Origin: Piromyces finnis finn
Lineage: Eukaryota; Fungi; Neocallimastigomycota
DNA: 64,000 nt
Assembly: GCA_002104945.1 (NCBI GenBank)
Contig: MCFH01000015.1
Location: forward strand, 310,001-374,000
Direction: 5' to 3'
Shown here piece by piece: positions 12,154 to 21,858 of the stretch. Under the pieces are notes generated by a model that worked only from the letters and a program-made list of their open reading frames with translations, was not told the origin of the DNA and did not search any database. The position numbers and the translations under genes were made by a program. Every line of letters starts with the position of its first letter. Positions within the stretch are counted from its first letter, which is position 1.

Positions 12154-13785
12154 ATGTCAGAAATTTTAGAAGAACAACAACCACTTATTGGTTCTAGTGA
12201 GTCTATTTCATATGCTGCAATAAATAATAATGGAGAAGTCGTACCATCTGTTGAAAATGGTGTAGATAATGAAGAAGGTTGTACTGCTCCACAAGCTTCA
12301 TTTAACATGATAAATCTTTTAGGTAAATAGAGAATTTATAAAATTTTTGAAATTACTTTTTTGTTATTATTTATTTATTTATTATATATTTTGAAATAAA
12401 TAAATAAAAACAAACATACTTTTTATTATTTAATAATAATAATATTATTATTATTAATCTTTATATATAATTATAATAAAAATTCCCTTTTAATAAAATA
12501 AAAAAAAAAAAAAAAAATAGCTGGTTTAGGTATTATGTCTATTCCATATTGTTTTAAAATTGGTGGTGTTATCCCTTCTGTTGTTTTCTTAATTTTATTA
12601 GGTTTTACCGCAAAGTATACAGCTAGTATTATTGGAAAATGTATCAAAAAGGATGATTCTATTAATTCTCTTGCTGTTATGGGTTTAAAATTATTTGGTA
12701 AAACTGGTTGTACCATCATTTCTACCTTTTTCATCTTTGATCTTTTCTTTTCTATGATGGCTAACCTTATTTTAGTAAAGGATACTCTTCATTTGGTTTT
12801 CCCCCAAATCTCTCCATATGTTTGCTTAATTATTGCTTTCATTTGCTGTACCTCTTTAACCTGGATTAAAAAATTGGTTACCTTATCTTGGGTTTCTTTA
12901 ATCGGTTTATTATCTATGTTTGCTTTATTCGTTATTTTAATCTTTAACGGTCTTGCCACTCCAAATGCTCCAGGTTCTCTTTGGGAAATTCAAAAACTTC
13001 CTTTATGGCCAGAAAGTACTCTTGGATTCTTTACAATTTTAGGTATTTTTGAAATGGGTTTCTCAGGTCATTCAGGTAACTCTTTGTTTATTATTATTAT
13101 TATTGTTATTGCTATTACTCCTACTACTATTTTTATTTTGTAATAAAAAAAGAATAAAAAGAAAGAATACTAATTTTTTTTTTTTAAAACATTTTGTTTA
13201 AAATTTATAGTTTTACCAAGTATTTTCTTATCGTTAAAGAGAAGAAAAAACTTCAAGACTGTTTTAAATGTTTCATTCTTATGGATCATTGTCTTTTATC
13301 TTATGTTTGGATTTGTTGGTGCTTTCATGTATGGTTCACAAACTCTTCCACAAATTGTTCAAAATTTACATTCTACCTTGAATAGCAAAACTCAATTTTT
13401 AGGTACTTTAATTTCATGGATTATTATTATCGTTCCAATCACAAAGTTTGCTTTAATTATGGATCCAATTGCTGTAGCTACTACTGTATTTCTTAAAAGT
13501 AAACAATCCGTTGTAAATACGGAATCAAGAGCTTTCTTTGTTAGTTTAAGAACAATTTTAAGTTTCTTTGTTCTTCTTGCTTCCATTCTCATTCCAAAAT
13601 TCCATTCTGTTCTTGGTATTATTGGTGCTGCTTTAACCTCGGTTACCGGTTTAATGTTCCCAATTCTCAGTTACCTTAAGATGTATCCAAATGCTAACAG
13701 ACCATTACACTATTTATTATTCGCTTTCTGTTTAATCGTTTCTATTATGGGTACTATTGGTGCTTTTGCTTCTCTTAAGAATTAG
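12154..13785 (+). CDS. Amino-acid permease (Aa_trans/AAAP family, AVT1-like), paralog 2; exons 12154-12322, 12521-13075, 13211-13785; 432 aa
   Basis: GT-AG junctions and a spliced length of 1299 nt, in frame. Same motifs as paralog 1 (FNMINLLAGLGIMSIPYCF, GFSGHSVLPSIF, PITKFALIMDP). Exon 2 is 555 nt in both copies. Confidence 0.9.
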
Positions 13786-14489
13786 ATAGGAAGAAAAAAA
13801 AAATATATCAAATTTATAGAAATAAAAAACATAATTTTTTGGATACCTTTTTTTTAAAGAATATTAAATACCTTTTGAATTTTATGATTTGTATATAAAT
13901 TCAAAAAAAAAAAAAAAAAATTTTTTTAAAAATCATCAAGATAATGTAAAAAGAAGATAAAAATATTAACAACAACAACAATAATAATAATAATATCCTA
14001 TCATTATCATTTTATACAGCGGTGACATTTTTTTTTATTAGGGGAAGAAAGGAAGGGAAATAGTAAAAAAAAAAAAAAAAAACATATTTTCTATATTAAT
14101 CCTTCATTAGAAATATCTTTTATTTATATATATATACCATTACTATTCTTATCTAAATATAAAATATAAACATTCATCATATATCTAATAAATTAATTGT
14201 AATATACAATAATAATCAAATAATTCAATGAAAAATAATAAAAGTTTTTTATTATGTAGATCCTATGTCATATAAATATAAATATATATGAATATTTTAT
14301 TTTAATAAAAATGAAAATTTAAAAATAAAAAAAAAATTATTAAACTAAATCATTTTTATCCTTTTCTTTTTTTTTCTTCATTTATGTTTTTAATGAAAAA
14401 AAAAATTTATAAATTGTAAAGTATCTAAATACAATAAAAAGTGATTTTTTTTTTCTATTTAATCTTTATCCAAATTTATTATTGACTTA

Positions 14490-14687
14490 TTTAATGAGAG
14501 AATGATGATAATCTCGAAATATAAAATCCCAATCATCAATGATAAGAGCAATATCTCTACCCGTCTCTTTTGTAATTTCATCAAACATAAATAGTTTTTG
14601 TACTATCGCATTCAAAATTTACTATAGATTCTTTTTAACCTCATTTACAATAGATGTTTTGATAAATTCAATTCCTTCATCGATACT
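14490..14687 (-). pseudogene. AAA-ATPase-like (PF09820-type) gene remnant, downstream half, interrupted by the LINE
   Basis: The minus strand reads SIDEGIEFIKTSIVNEVKK, then after a frameshift and stops RDIALIIDDWDFIFRD (Walker B-like). It continues the fragment on the other side of the LINE. Confidence 0.7.
14677..14687. repeat. Left target-site duplication of the full-length LINE (TCATCGATACT)
   Basis: The identical 11-mer occurs at 20391-20401, immediately after the poly(A) tail. Confidence 0.92.
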
Positions 14688-14689
14688 TT

Positions 14690-14982
14690 CCCTCTTGGGA
14701 ACGTGCCTTCATTTATTTAATAAATGTAGTTTCTCAAGGGGGTCTACTCATGCTCATGGTACTGAGAGAGTAGAAAGAATTAAATCCAAGTATTGCGCAA
14801 TGGATGCTTGGTGCCCTCTTAGGAACGTGCCTTCATTTATTTAATAAATGGAGTTTATCAAGGGGGTCTACTCATGCTCATGGTACTGAGAGAGTAGAAA
14901 GAATTAAATCCAAGCATTGCGCAATGGATGCTTGGTTAGTCTTTAAGGGAAAATTATTAGGACTAAGCTCATGGTACTGAGC
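14690..14982 (+). repeat. Tandem 124-bp monomers (2 full, 1 partial) at the LINE 5' end, rich in hairpins
   Basis: 14690-14813 repeats at 14814-14936 with a few substitutions. The GCTCA-TGGTAC-TGAG hairpin recurs a third time at 14967-14982. Confidence 0.92.
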
Positions 14983-15582
14983 GATTAAAAAACATTTTAT
15001 TCATCGAATTTAAGTATTTGATGAATAAGTTGAATGTTTGATACTCAGGTAAGTTTGTATAGTATTTAATTAGAAGAGTAATACATTTTGTTGCTGTATT
15101 TTTTTCTTTTATTCATGTATTCATGTAGTACTACTCTTCTCTTGTAAGAATCCAATGTAGTCAACTTTAGCATTTGCATTGTATTTTTATATTCATGTAG
15201 CTATTGTTGTATTGTTTCTTGTAAGAGACTGATTCACTCTACATCATGTAAAAATACTATTCACAAGCTTTCTGGTGTCGACATTCTTGATTCAAATTTT
15301 TTACCAATTTAAATATTTAATGAAAAGTAAAGTCAAACAATTTTAGTGTCAAAAAGCGAATCGAATTTACTAACAACAAACCAAAACTAGAATTTTTAAA
15401 GAAAATTTACAACTAGAATTCAAAAAAAAATGAAACTTTAAACAAAGCATCGTAACAATTTTTGTACTATCCAGTACTTTTAAGAAGAGAGAGAGAGACA
15501 GATTTTTTCCATATACGTTATATTTATAATTTTTATTAGTATTTATTTTATATTCAATATTTTTTAATTAGAATTTATTATC

Positions 15583-18500
15583 ATGTCAGTCCTTTATATT
15601 AAAGATAAGAATTATATCAGACGTGGTACCCGGTCTTATGGTATCCCCTTAGATGATATTCGCTCCTTCTTTATCCGTGGTATTCGATCATGGTCAGTAA
15701 ATATGCTATGGGAAAAACTCGAGGTTATTCTAGAAGATAAATTTAATTCAGTTATTAGTGTTAAATATTTTCAAACTTTCAATGATCACTTTTTCTTAGT
15801 CAAGGTTCATGGTTCATCAAAAGATTGTATTAAAATCTTACACATGTTAAAGAAGAAACTTTCAGTTACCTCAATTTCCTTTTCAGCTCGTAGTAGAAGG
15901 AATCACAAATACACTTTTTCTACACTCAAACGTAAAATTTTAGTTTCTAATAAACATCAACATTCTATTCAACAATCATTTCAACAATCAGTTCAACAAT
16001 CTCATCAACAATCCGATCTTCAACAAGATCTTCAACAAGATCTTCAACAAGTTTCCCATCATGAAAATATTCCAGATCTACAGCAAACACAATTTCAATC
16101 TCAACATTCAACAATTAATTCTAATAGCTCTATCAACTCTGATAACAGTTCAATAGTTGATAGTTCTTCAGTTTCACAGCCATCTAGTAATAGTTCTACT
16201 TATTCCTCTGATGCATCATCCATTAATAATGATGACCTTGATAATAATAATAATAGCAACGATTCTTCCTCATCCAACAAGCCTGATAACTTTTCTTTTT
16301 GTCTTAGTTGGAACACCAATGGGTGGAATCATGAAAAGAGAGATAGTATTAGCTATTTCACAGCTATTTTCAAACCATTATTTTTATGTTTCCAAGAAAC
16401 TGGTAATGGTTCTGGTTCGAATACAGATTATCCTTGTCGTGTTACTTTGCGAAACTATAGACACTTTTTCAAGAAAGCTGACGAATCAGTTCCTGGAATG
16501 AGAGGTTTATATTTAGGTTTTCATAATTCATGTCAAGCCTCACTTGAAAACTTCTCTGGAAAGTATATTATTTCTATTTATACTTTTAGTCTCTGGAATA
16601 GATTCAAATGCTCGATTGGTAATGTTTATATGCCTCATAGTCATCACAACATCTATGTTGATCATGCAAAGTTAGAAGTTCGCTTGTGGTTACAAACTCA
16701 TTCATCCCATCCATCGATTCTTGTTGGTGATTTTAATATGTCTAAAGTAAAATTATCCAACTGGTTATCAACTAATGGATTAGGAGATTGGGAAATTCTT
16801 CCGCTTAGAGGGTCTACTATCTCTTGGACTCGAGGTGATCAATCTTCCGACATTGACCATGCTCTTATCAATTCGAAGATGAAAGATCTTATTCACTCAG
16901 GATCATTTATAAATAATTTTTATCCTGTATCAGACCATAAGCCACTTCTTATTAATGGTAAAATTATTCCTATGGAAGATTTTTCTAATGACTTTAATGT
17001 TCCTAAGAAAATTCTGAAATGGAATAGATTAAAATGTATTGAGGAAAAGGAATCTATTATCAGTCATAATAAATTCCAAATTCTTTCAGCAAAATTCAAC
17101 GATCCTAATGTTTCTACAGATGAACTTTCCAAAGAGTTTACTTCAACTGCTTTTTCAATTGCAGACGAGCTCAGTATTACTTCAGCAAATAATGTTATAA
17201 AGTCTTCATTTCATATTTCACAACAAATTTTTAATCTCCAAAAAATCAAAATGAAGTTGTATAAGAGATTTAAAAAAGAAAGAATTTATGATATAGATGA
17301 ATTTATTAAACGAATTAAAATCTACCGTAAGCTCATTGATTACATCCACAAAAGATGTAATGAATTTAGGAAGCAAGAATATCTTCATTGGATTAAAACA
17401 GGATGTGAGTATATGAAGAGTCATAATCCTAAGAAGGCCTGGAAATGGATCAAGAAAACTGCAAAAATTGGAAAAGATTCTTTCTTTATTGCTCAACCAA
17501 TTAAAAATAAAAATGGAGAATTAGTTGTTGCTACGGAAGAACAACTAGAAGTGTGGCATGATCATTTCGAAAACCTTGCATCAGATCCAAGTGGTGTAAG
17601 TCTTGATTTAGAGCATTGGTATGAAGAACCAACGAATAAACGTTTTTCACTTCCTATGCTTGATGAGTGGGATATCAACCAAGATATTAGTATTGATGAA
17701 GTCAAGTCAGCTATCCTCTCTACTCCGAATTATAAAGCATCAGGTCCGGATGGTATTCCAATTGAATTTTACAAAGCATTAATTCCATCAAGTAATGATT
17801 CTAATAATGCTACAGATAATAATTCTTCTGGTAATACCACTTCAGATAATGACGCTCATGGTTTAAATTTTATTCTTAAATTATTCAACCGTATTTGGGA
17901 TGGAGACTTCCCCAACTCATGGAATGAATCCAGTATTGTTTCTATTCCTAAGAAGGGAGATTTGACAGATTGTGATAACTATCGAGGTATATCACTTATC
18001 AATAATGGTATTAAGTTGATTTCCAAAATTGTCACCACTAGAATTTCAGAATATGGTCTAAAGAATAATTTCATTAGACCTGAACAATTTGGTTTTCGAA
18101 AAAAGGAAGAAAGTATCAGTCTTTTCATTTCAATCCAAGAAATATGCCGTAGACGTCAATTAGATAATAAAGAGACATATTTGGCCTTTTTAGATCTCAG
18201 GAAAGCATACGATTCAGTCCCAATCGGTAATATTCTCCATAAATTAGATTGTTTAGGAATCCGAGGTAAGAGTTTACAATTTATCAAAAATTTATATTTA
18301 ACATCTAAGGCTAATGTCAAATTAGATGGACAATTCTCGAAATCTTTTGATGTGAAGAAAGGAGTCCGTCAAGGTTGCCCACTTTCGCCTATTCTTTTTA
18401 ATCTCTTTATTAATGATATATTTAAAGAGTGTGAAGATCTCGGAGTCAGTTTAGGTGACACTCGATGCTGTGGTGGACTTTTTGCAGATGATATAGTTAT

Positions 18501-20106
18501 TTGTGCTCCAACAAGAGGATGCTTAAAAAAGATGCTTAGAAGAGTTAATGAATGGGCCTTGTATAATGAAATGGAATTTGGTATCCAGAAATGTTCAACG
18601 ATGGTGATTCGTCCTGAATCAATAGAAAATCAGAACAAGAGAGATCCAACATTTTACTTAGCAGGACAACCCATTCCAACTACTGACTGCTACACTTATC
18701 TTGGTGTTCCATTTGATAAGAATCTGTCCCTTAAACCAGTAATTAAAGCTCTTAATAACAAGGTTTTGAAAGGGCTTTTCTCAGTCAGTAAATTCTTAAG
18801 AAATCCTAATATTCCTATTCCTTTCAAAAAACTAGTACTTAACTCTCAAGTGATTAGCAGAGTTTCATACTTTGCACCATTACTTGGATCCAACAAAGCT
18901 AGGTCTAGGATTGCTCAGAAGCATGTTAACAAAGGAATACGATGGGTTGCCGGAGTTCATAAAGCTGTATCGTTTATATCTTTATACTCTATTTCAAAAG
19001 ATTTGAATATTCCTCCATTGTCAGCCAAATGTGCGTTAGCTCAGGTTAGATGTTTTAACAAATGGAAAAACTCAAATTGTATTATCTCACACCTTGTCAA
19101 TTACATTCCTAAATTTAGAAAATACACGTGGTGCAAATCAAGTAGGACACTTGATAAAAAACTAAAGAAACATGGAGATGTTAAAGCAGTTAAAAACTTT
19201 TATTGGAAAGATCTCAAAGGGAATTCAATCAAAGCGCAATATTATGATGATAATAAATTTATTGAAACTAAAGATTTTATTAAATTATGTTATGAATACC
19301 CAGAGTTTGCCTATGGCTTCTACTGGCTATTGAAAGCAAGAAGCGGATACAAGTTGGATGCTAGAGTTGCCAAAGCTGCCAAATTTGTTGATCCAGTTTG
19401 TCCTAACTACTGTCCATGTTGCAAGTGTGGAGATCAAAGTATTAAACATTGGTTATTAGATTGTCCAACATTTAGAGATATCCGTATTAAACATTATGAT
19501 TCCATAGTCCAGCTATTAAATTTTTTCAGTCAACGTAATTCCAATAGTCCTATCAATAATAATGAAATTGATAATATCAGTAGAGATAGTAATAATATTA
19601 ATAGTAATAATAACAATAGTAATAATAACAATAGTAGTAATAGTAATAATAGAAATAGTAATAATAACAATAGTAGTAATAGAAATAATAATATTAGTAA
19701 TGATAGCAATAGTGAAGATAATAATTCTAATTTAGATAGTAATTTAGTTAATGATAGTAATAGTTCTAATAATCCGGTGAATATTAATGTGTATGATTAT
19801 TCTAGTGTGTGCAGTAAAATATTTAAATTCCTTCTTGGGGGAAGAAGTTTTAACAATATCAATTACAATTCAAGGGAATGGAAAGAACTTTGTAAGCGTC
19901 AGATTCAATCTGGTACTAACGAAGGAACACCATTCTTGACGGTAACCGCGGAACTTCTAACCAAAATCATGCCTTTTGCTATTGGCCAGCAATGGTCAAT
20001 GTTCAAAAGGTTTGAAGCAACATCCAAGAGCGTCAATGCTGAAGAAACAGTAAGACAGGCCAGGAGGGCCAGCGCAACCAATGGAGATCATAATTTTGTC
20101 CCATGA
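15583..20106 (+). CDS. LINE polyprotein, 1507 aa: N-terminal extension, apurinic-type endonuclease, reverse transcriptase, CCHC zinc knuckle
   Basis: APE motifs SWNTNG, FQET, GDFN, DIDH, SDH. RT motifs SGPDG, NYRGISL, QFGFR, FLDLRKAYDSV, GVRQGCPLSP, FADD, YTYLG. Zinc knuckle CPCCKCGDQSIKHWLLDC. No internal stop. Confidence 0.97.
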   Translation: MSVLYIKDKNYIRRGTRSYGIPLDDIRSFFIRGIRSWSVNMLWEKLEVILEDKFNSVISVKYFQTFNDHFFLVKVHGSSKDCIKILHMLKKKLSVTSISFSARSRRNHKYTFSTLKRKILVSNKHQHSIQQSFQQSVQQSHQQSDLQQDLQQDLQQVSHHENIPDLQQTQFQSQHSTINSNSSINSDNSSIVDSSSVSQPSSNSSTYSSDASSINNDDLDNNNNSNDSSSSNKPDNFSFCLSWNTNGWNHEKRDSISYFTAIFKPLFLCFQETGNGSGSNTDYPCRVTLRNYRHFFKKADESVPGMRGLYLGFHNSCQASLENFSGKYIISIYTFSLWNRFKCSIGNVYMPHSHHNIYVDHAKLEVRLWLQTHSSHPSILVGDFNMSKVKLSNWLSTNGLGDWEILPLRGSTISWTRGDQSSDIDHALINSKMKDLIHSGSFINNFYPVSDHKPLLINGKIIPMEDFSNDFNVPKKILKWNRLKCIEEKESIISHNKFQILSAKFNDPNVSTDELSKEFTSTAFSIADELSITSANNVIKSSFHISQQIFNLQKIKMKLYKRFKKERIYDIDEFIKRIKIYRKLIDYIHKRCNEFRKQEYLHWIKTGCEYMKSHNPKKAWKWIKKTAKIGKDSFFIAQPIKNKNGELVVATEEQLEVWHDHFENLASDPSGVSLDLEHWYEEPTNKRFSLPMLDEWDINQDISIDEVKSAILSTPNYKASGPDGIPIEFYKALIPSSNDSNNATDNNSSGNTTSDNDAHGLNFILKLFNRIWDGDFPNSWNESSIVSIPKKGDLTDCDNYRGISLINNGIKLISKIVTTRISEYGLKNNFIRPEQFGFRKKEESISLFISIQEICRRRQLDNKETYLAFLDLRKAYDSVPIGNILHKLDCLGIRGKSLQFIKNLYLTSKANVKLDGQFSKSFDVKKGVRQGCPLSPILFNLFINDIFKECEDLGVSLGDTRCCGGLFADDIVICAPTRGCLKKMLRRVNEWALYNEMEFGIQKCSTMVIRPESIENQNKRDPTFYLAGQPIPTTDCYTYLGVPFDKNLSLKPVIKALNNKVLKGLFSVSKFLRNPNIPIPFKKLVLNSQVISRVSYFAPLLGSNKARSRIAQKHVNKGIRWVAGVHKAVSFISLYSISKDLNIPPLSAKCALAQVRCFNKWKNSNCIISHLVNYIPKFRKYTWCKSSRTLDKKLKKHGDVKAVKNFYWKDLKGNSIKAQYYDDNKFIETKDFIKLCYEYPEFAYGFYWLLKARSGYKLDARVAKAAKFVDPVCPNYCPCCKCGDQSIKHWLLDCPTFRDIRIKHYDSIVQLLNFFSQRNSNSPINNNEIDNISRDSNNINSNNNNSNNNNSSNSNNRNSNNNNSSNRNNNISNDSNSEDNNSNLDSNLVNDSNSSNNPVNINVYDYSSVCSKIFKFLLGGRSFNNINYNSREWKELCKRQIQSGTNEGTPFLTVTAELLTKIMPFAIGQQWSMFKRFEATSKSVNAEETVRQARRASATNGDHNFVP

Positions 20107-20341
20107 TAAAATTTTGATCTTTGGCTCGGTGTCCCATTGGAAGTCAAATACAATTATTATACTTTAGTATAATAGTGGCTTTCTTACTTTAATTAAAATT
20201 ACTAGAATACATTATACCCAATTTTTATTCATTTGTGTTTATTTAAACATATTTTTTTTATTTTTATTTTATTTTAATTTTTATATTACATGTATTATAA
20301 TTTTAATTAAATTAATAATAAAGTTTAAAATATTTGATGCC

Positions 20342-20390
<49 letters not shown>

Positions 20391-20394
<4 letters not shown>

Positions 20395-20670
20395 CGATAC
20401 TCCCTTTCGTGAAAGAAATAATGCATATCTAGTTTTATTACATTAAATTTTCCTAAATATTTATCCCAATTTTCAGCTTTAGAAAATTTTTTTTACCTGT
20501 AAAACTAGTAATTTTCGATTCATTATGATCATAATAAGCAGAAAGCATATTAACTATTGCTGATTTCCCAAATCGTTTAGGTTTTAAAATACATATATTA
20601 TTATTAAACTTTTTATTTAGATCAAGAATGAATTCTGTTTTATCAACAAAAAATTCGATAGATTAGTTCC
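20391..20670 (-). pseudogene. AAA-ATPase-like (PF09820-type) gene remnant, upstream half
   Basis: The minus strand reads EFFVDKTEFILDLNKK...CILKPKRFGKSAIVNMLSAYY (Walker A-like, about 20561-20584). After a frameshift in a homopolymer run it reads ISKAENWDKYLGKFNVIKLDM. Confidence 0.75.
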
Positions 20671-21310
20671 ACGTAGGACATATTTCAATAATATTTTATA
20701 TGTTATAAGAGAAAAATCCTACATCGTAATAATAAAAGAAATAGTAATGAAATAGTAATGTAGTATTAAAATAGAGAAGTGGGCTCAGGAGAGATAAAAA
20801 AAAATAACAAGTTTAATAACATAATAAAGATTATATTTCATAAAACAAATTTAAATAACCTCTTCATAGAAAATATATTCAATTATTAATTGAACCTAAT
20901 CAATAAAAGGAATAATATATTTAAGCTATATATTAAATAAAATAAGAGATGGTAATTTTTTTTTAATAATAAATGCCGATAGTAAATATCTCTTATTACA
21001 ATTATTTTTAAATATGCATTATGTGTTATTAATAAATAATGCAATGAATAATTTTAAGATTTTTTTATATATCATAGAAATTTTTTTACTTTATTATATA
21101 ATATGTTGGTATAAGCAAAACAATGCAATCAAATACTATGGTTAATGTTTTAGGCAAAATAATGTGCCGCCCATTAAACTCTCTCATGAATCATTAATAC
21201 TTTAGTTTAAAATTACAAACATTTTTTTAACTCCGCCGTAAAAGAATTAATTAGATGGATTCTTTGCTATTTGAAAGCATATTAAACATAATACTTTTTT
21301 GAGATAGATT

Positions 21311-21341
<31 letters not shown>

Positions 21342-21858
21342 CAAAATATTTAACAATTTAGTCTCATGAATACAACTTTATATAAGAATATTTAAAAATA
21401 GAGACAAACTCATAAATTTTAACTTATAATTATGAAGAAGATAAGGTTTAAAAGAATTCACATTAAAAAGTACCATTGAAACTTTTTTCCATTATAATTG
21501 AAAAAGTTAATTGATATTTTATATATATATTATTATATTTTATTATATTTTATAATTTAATGAAAAATAAAAAAATTTATTAAATCTAAGACCATAATTA
21601 TTTAATTGTATATTTAAAGTTTTTTTATTAATATTATAATTACATTTTACATTTGATTAGGATGATAAAACAAAAATTATTAGATTAGATTAGATAGTAA
21701 TGAATTTATATATGAACAAAAATCTTTTTTTTTTTTCAAATAAAAAAGAAAAAAAAAACTATATATATATATTATTTTATTTATTATATACTCAATAGTA
21801 AAATGATTTTAATAAAAAAAAAAAAAATTCTAATTATAATAATAATTTCTTATTTTAA

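Larger units (their letters stand above)
14688..20390 (+). mobile_element. Full-length non-LTR retrotransposon (LINE, APE-type), about 5.7 kb
   Basis: About 0.9-kb 5' UTR, one long ORF, 3' UTR ending GATGCCGTT, poly(A) at 20345-20390 and an 11-bp TSD. The 3' portion is near-identical to 39088-40852. Confidence 0.96.

Noticed and set aside
14750-14780. CTGAGAG...GAAA as a hammerhead core
   Set aside because: The required CUGANGA pattern and stem II are absent on both strands.
14539-14844. 101-aa + strand ORF as a possible LINE ORF1
   Set aside because: It starts outside the TSD in the antisense of the AAA-ATPase remnant and runs into the 5' monomers, so it is a chimeric chance frame.
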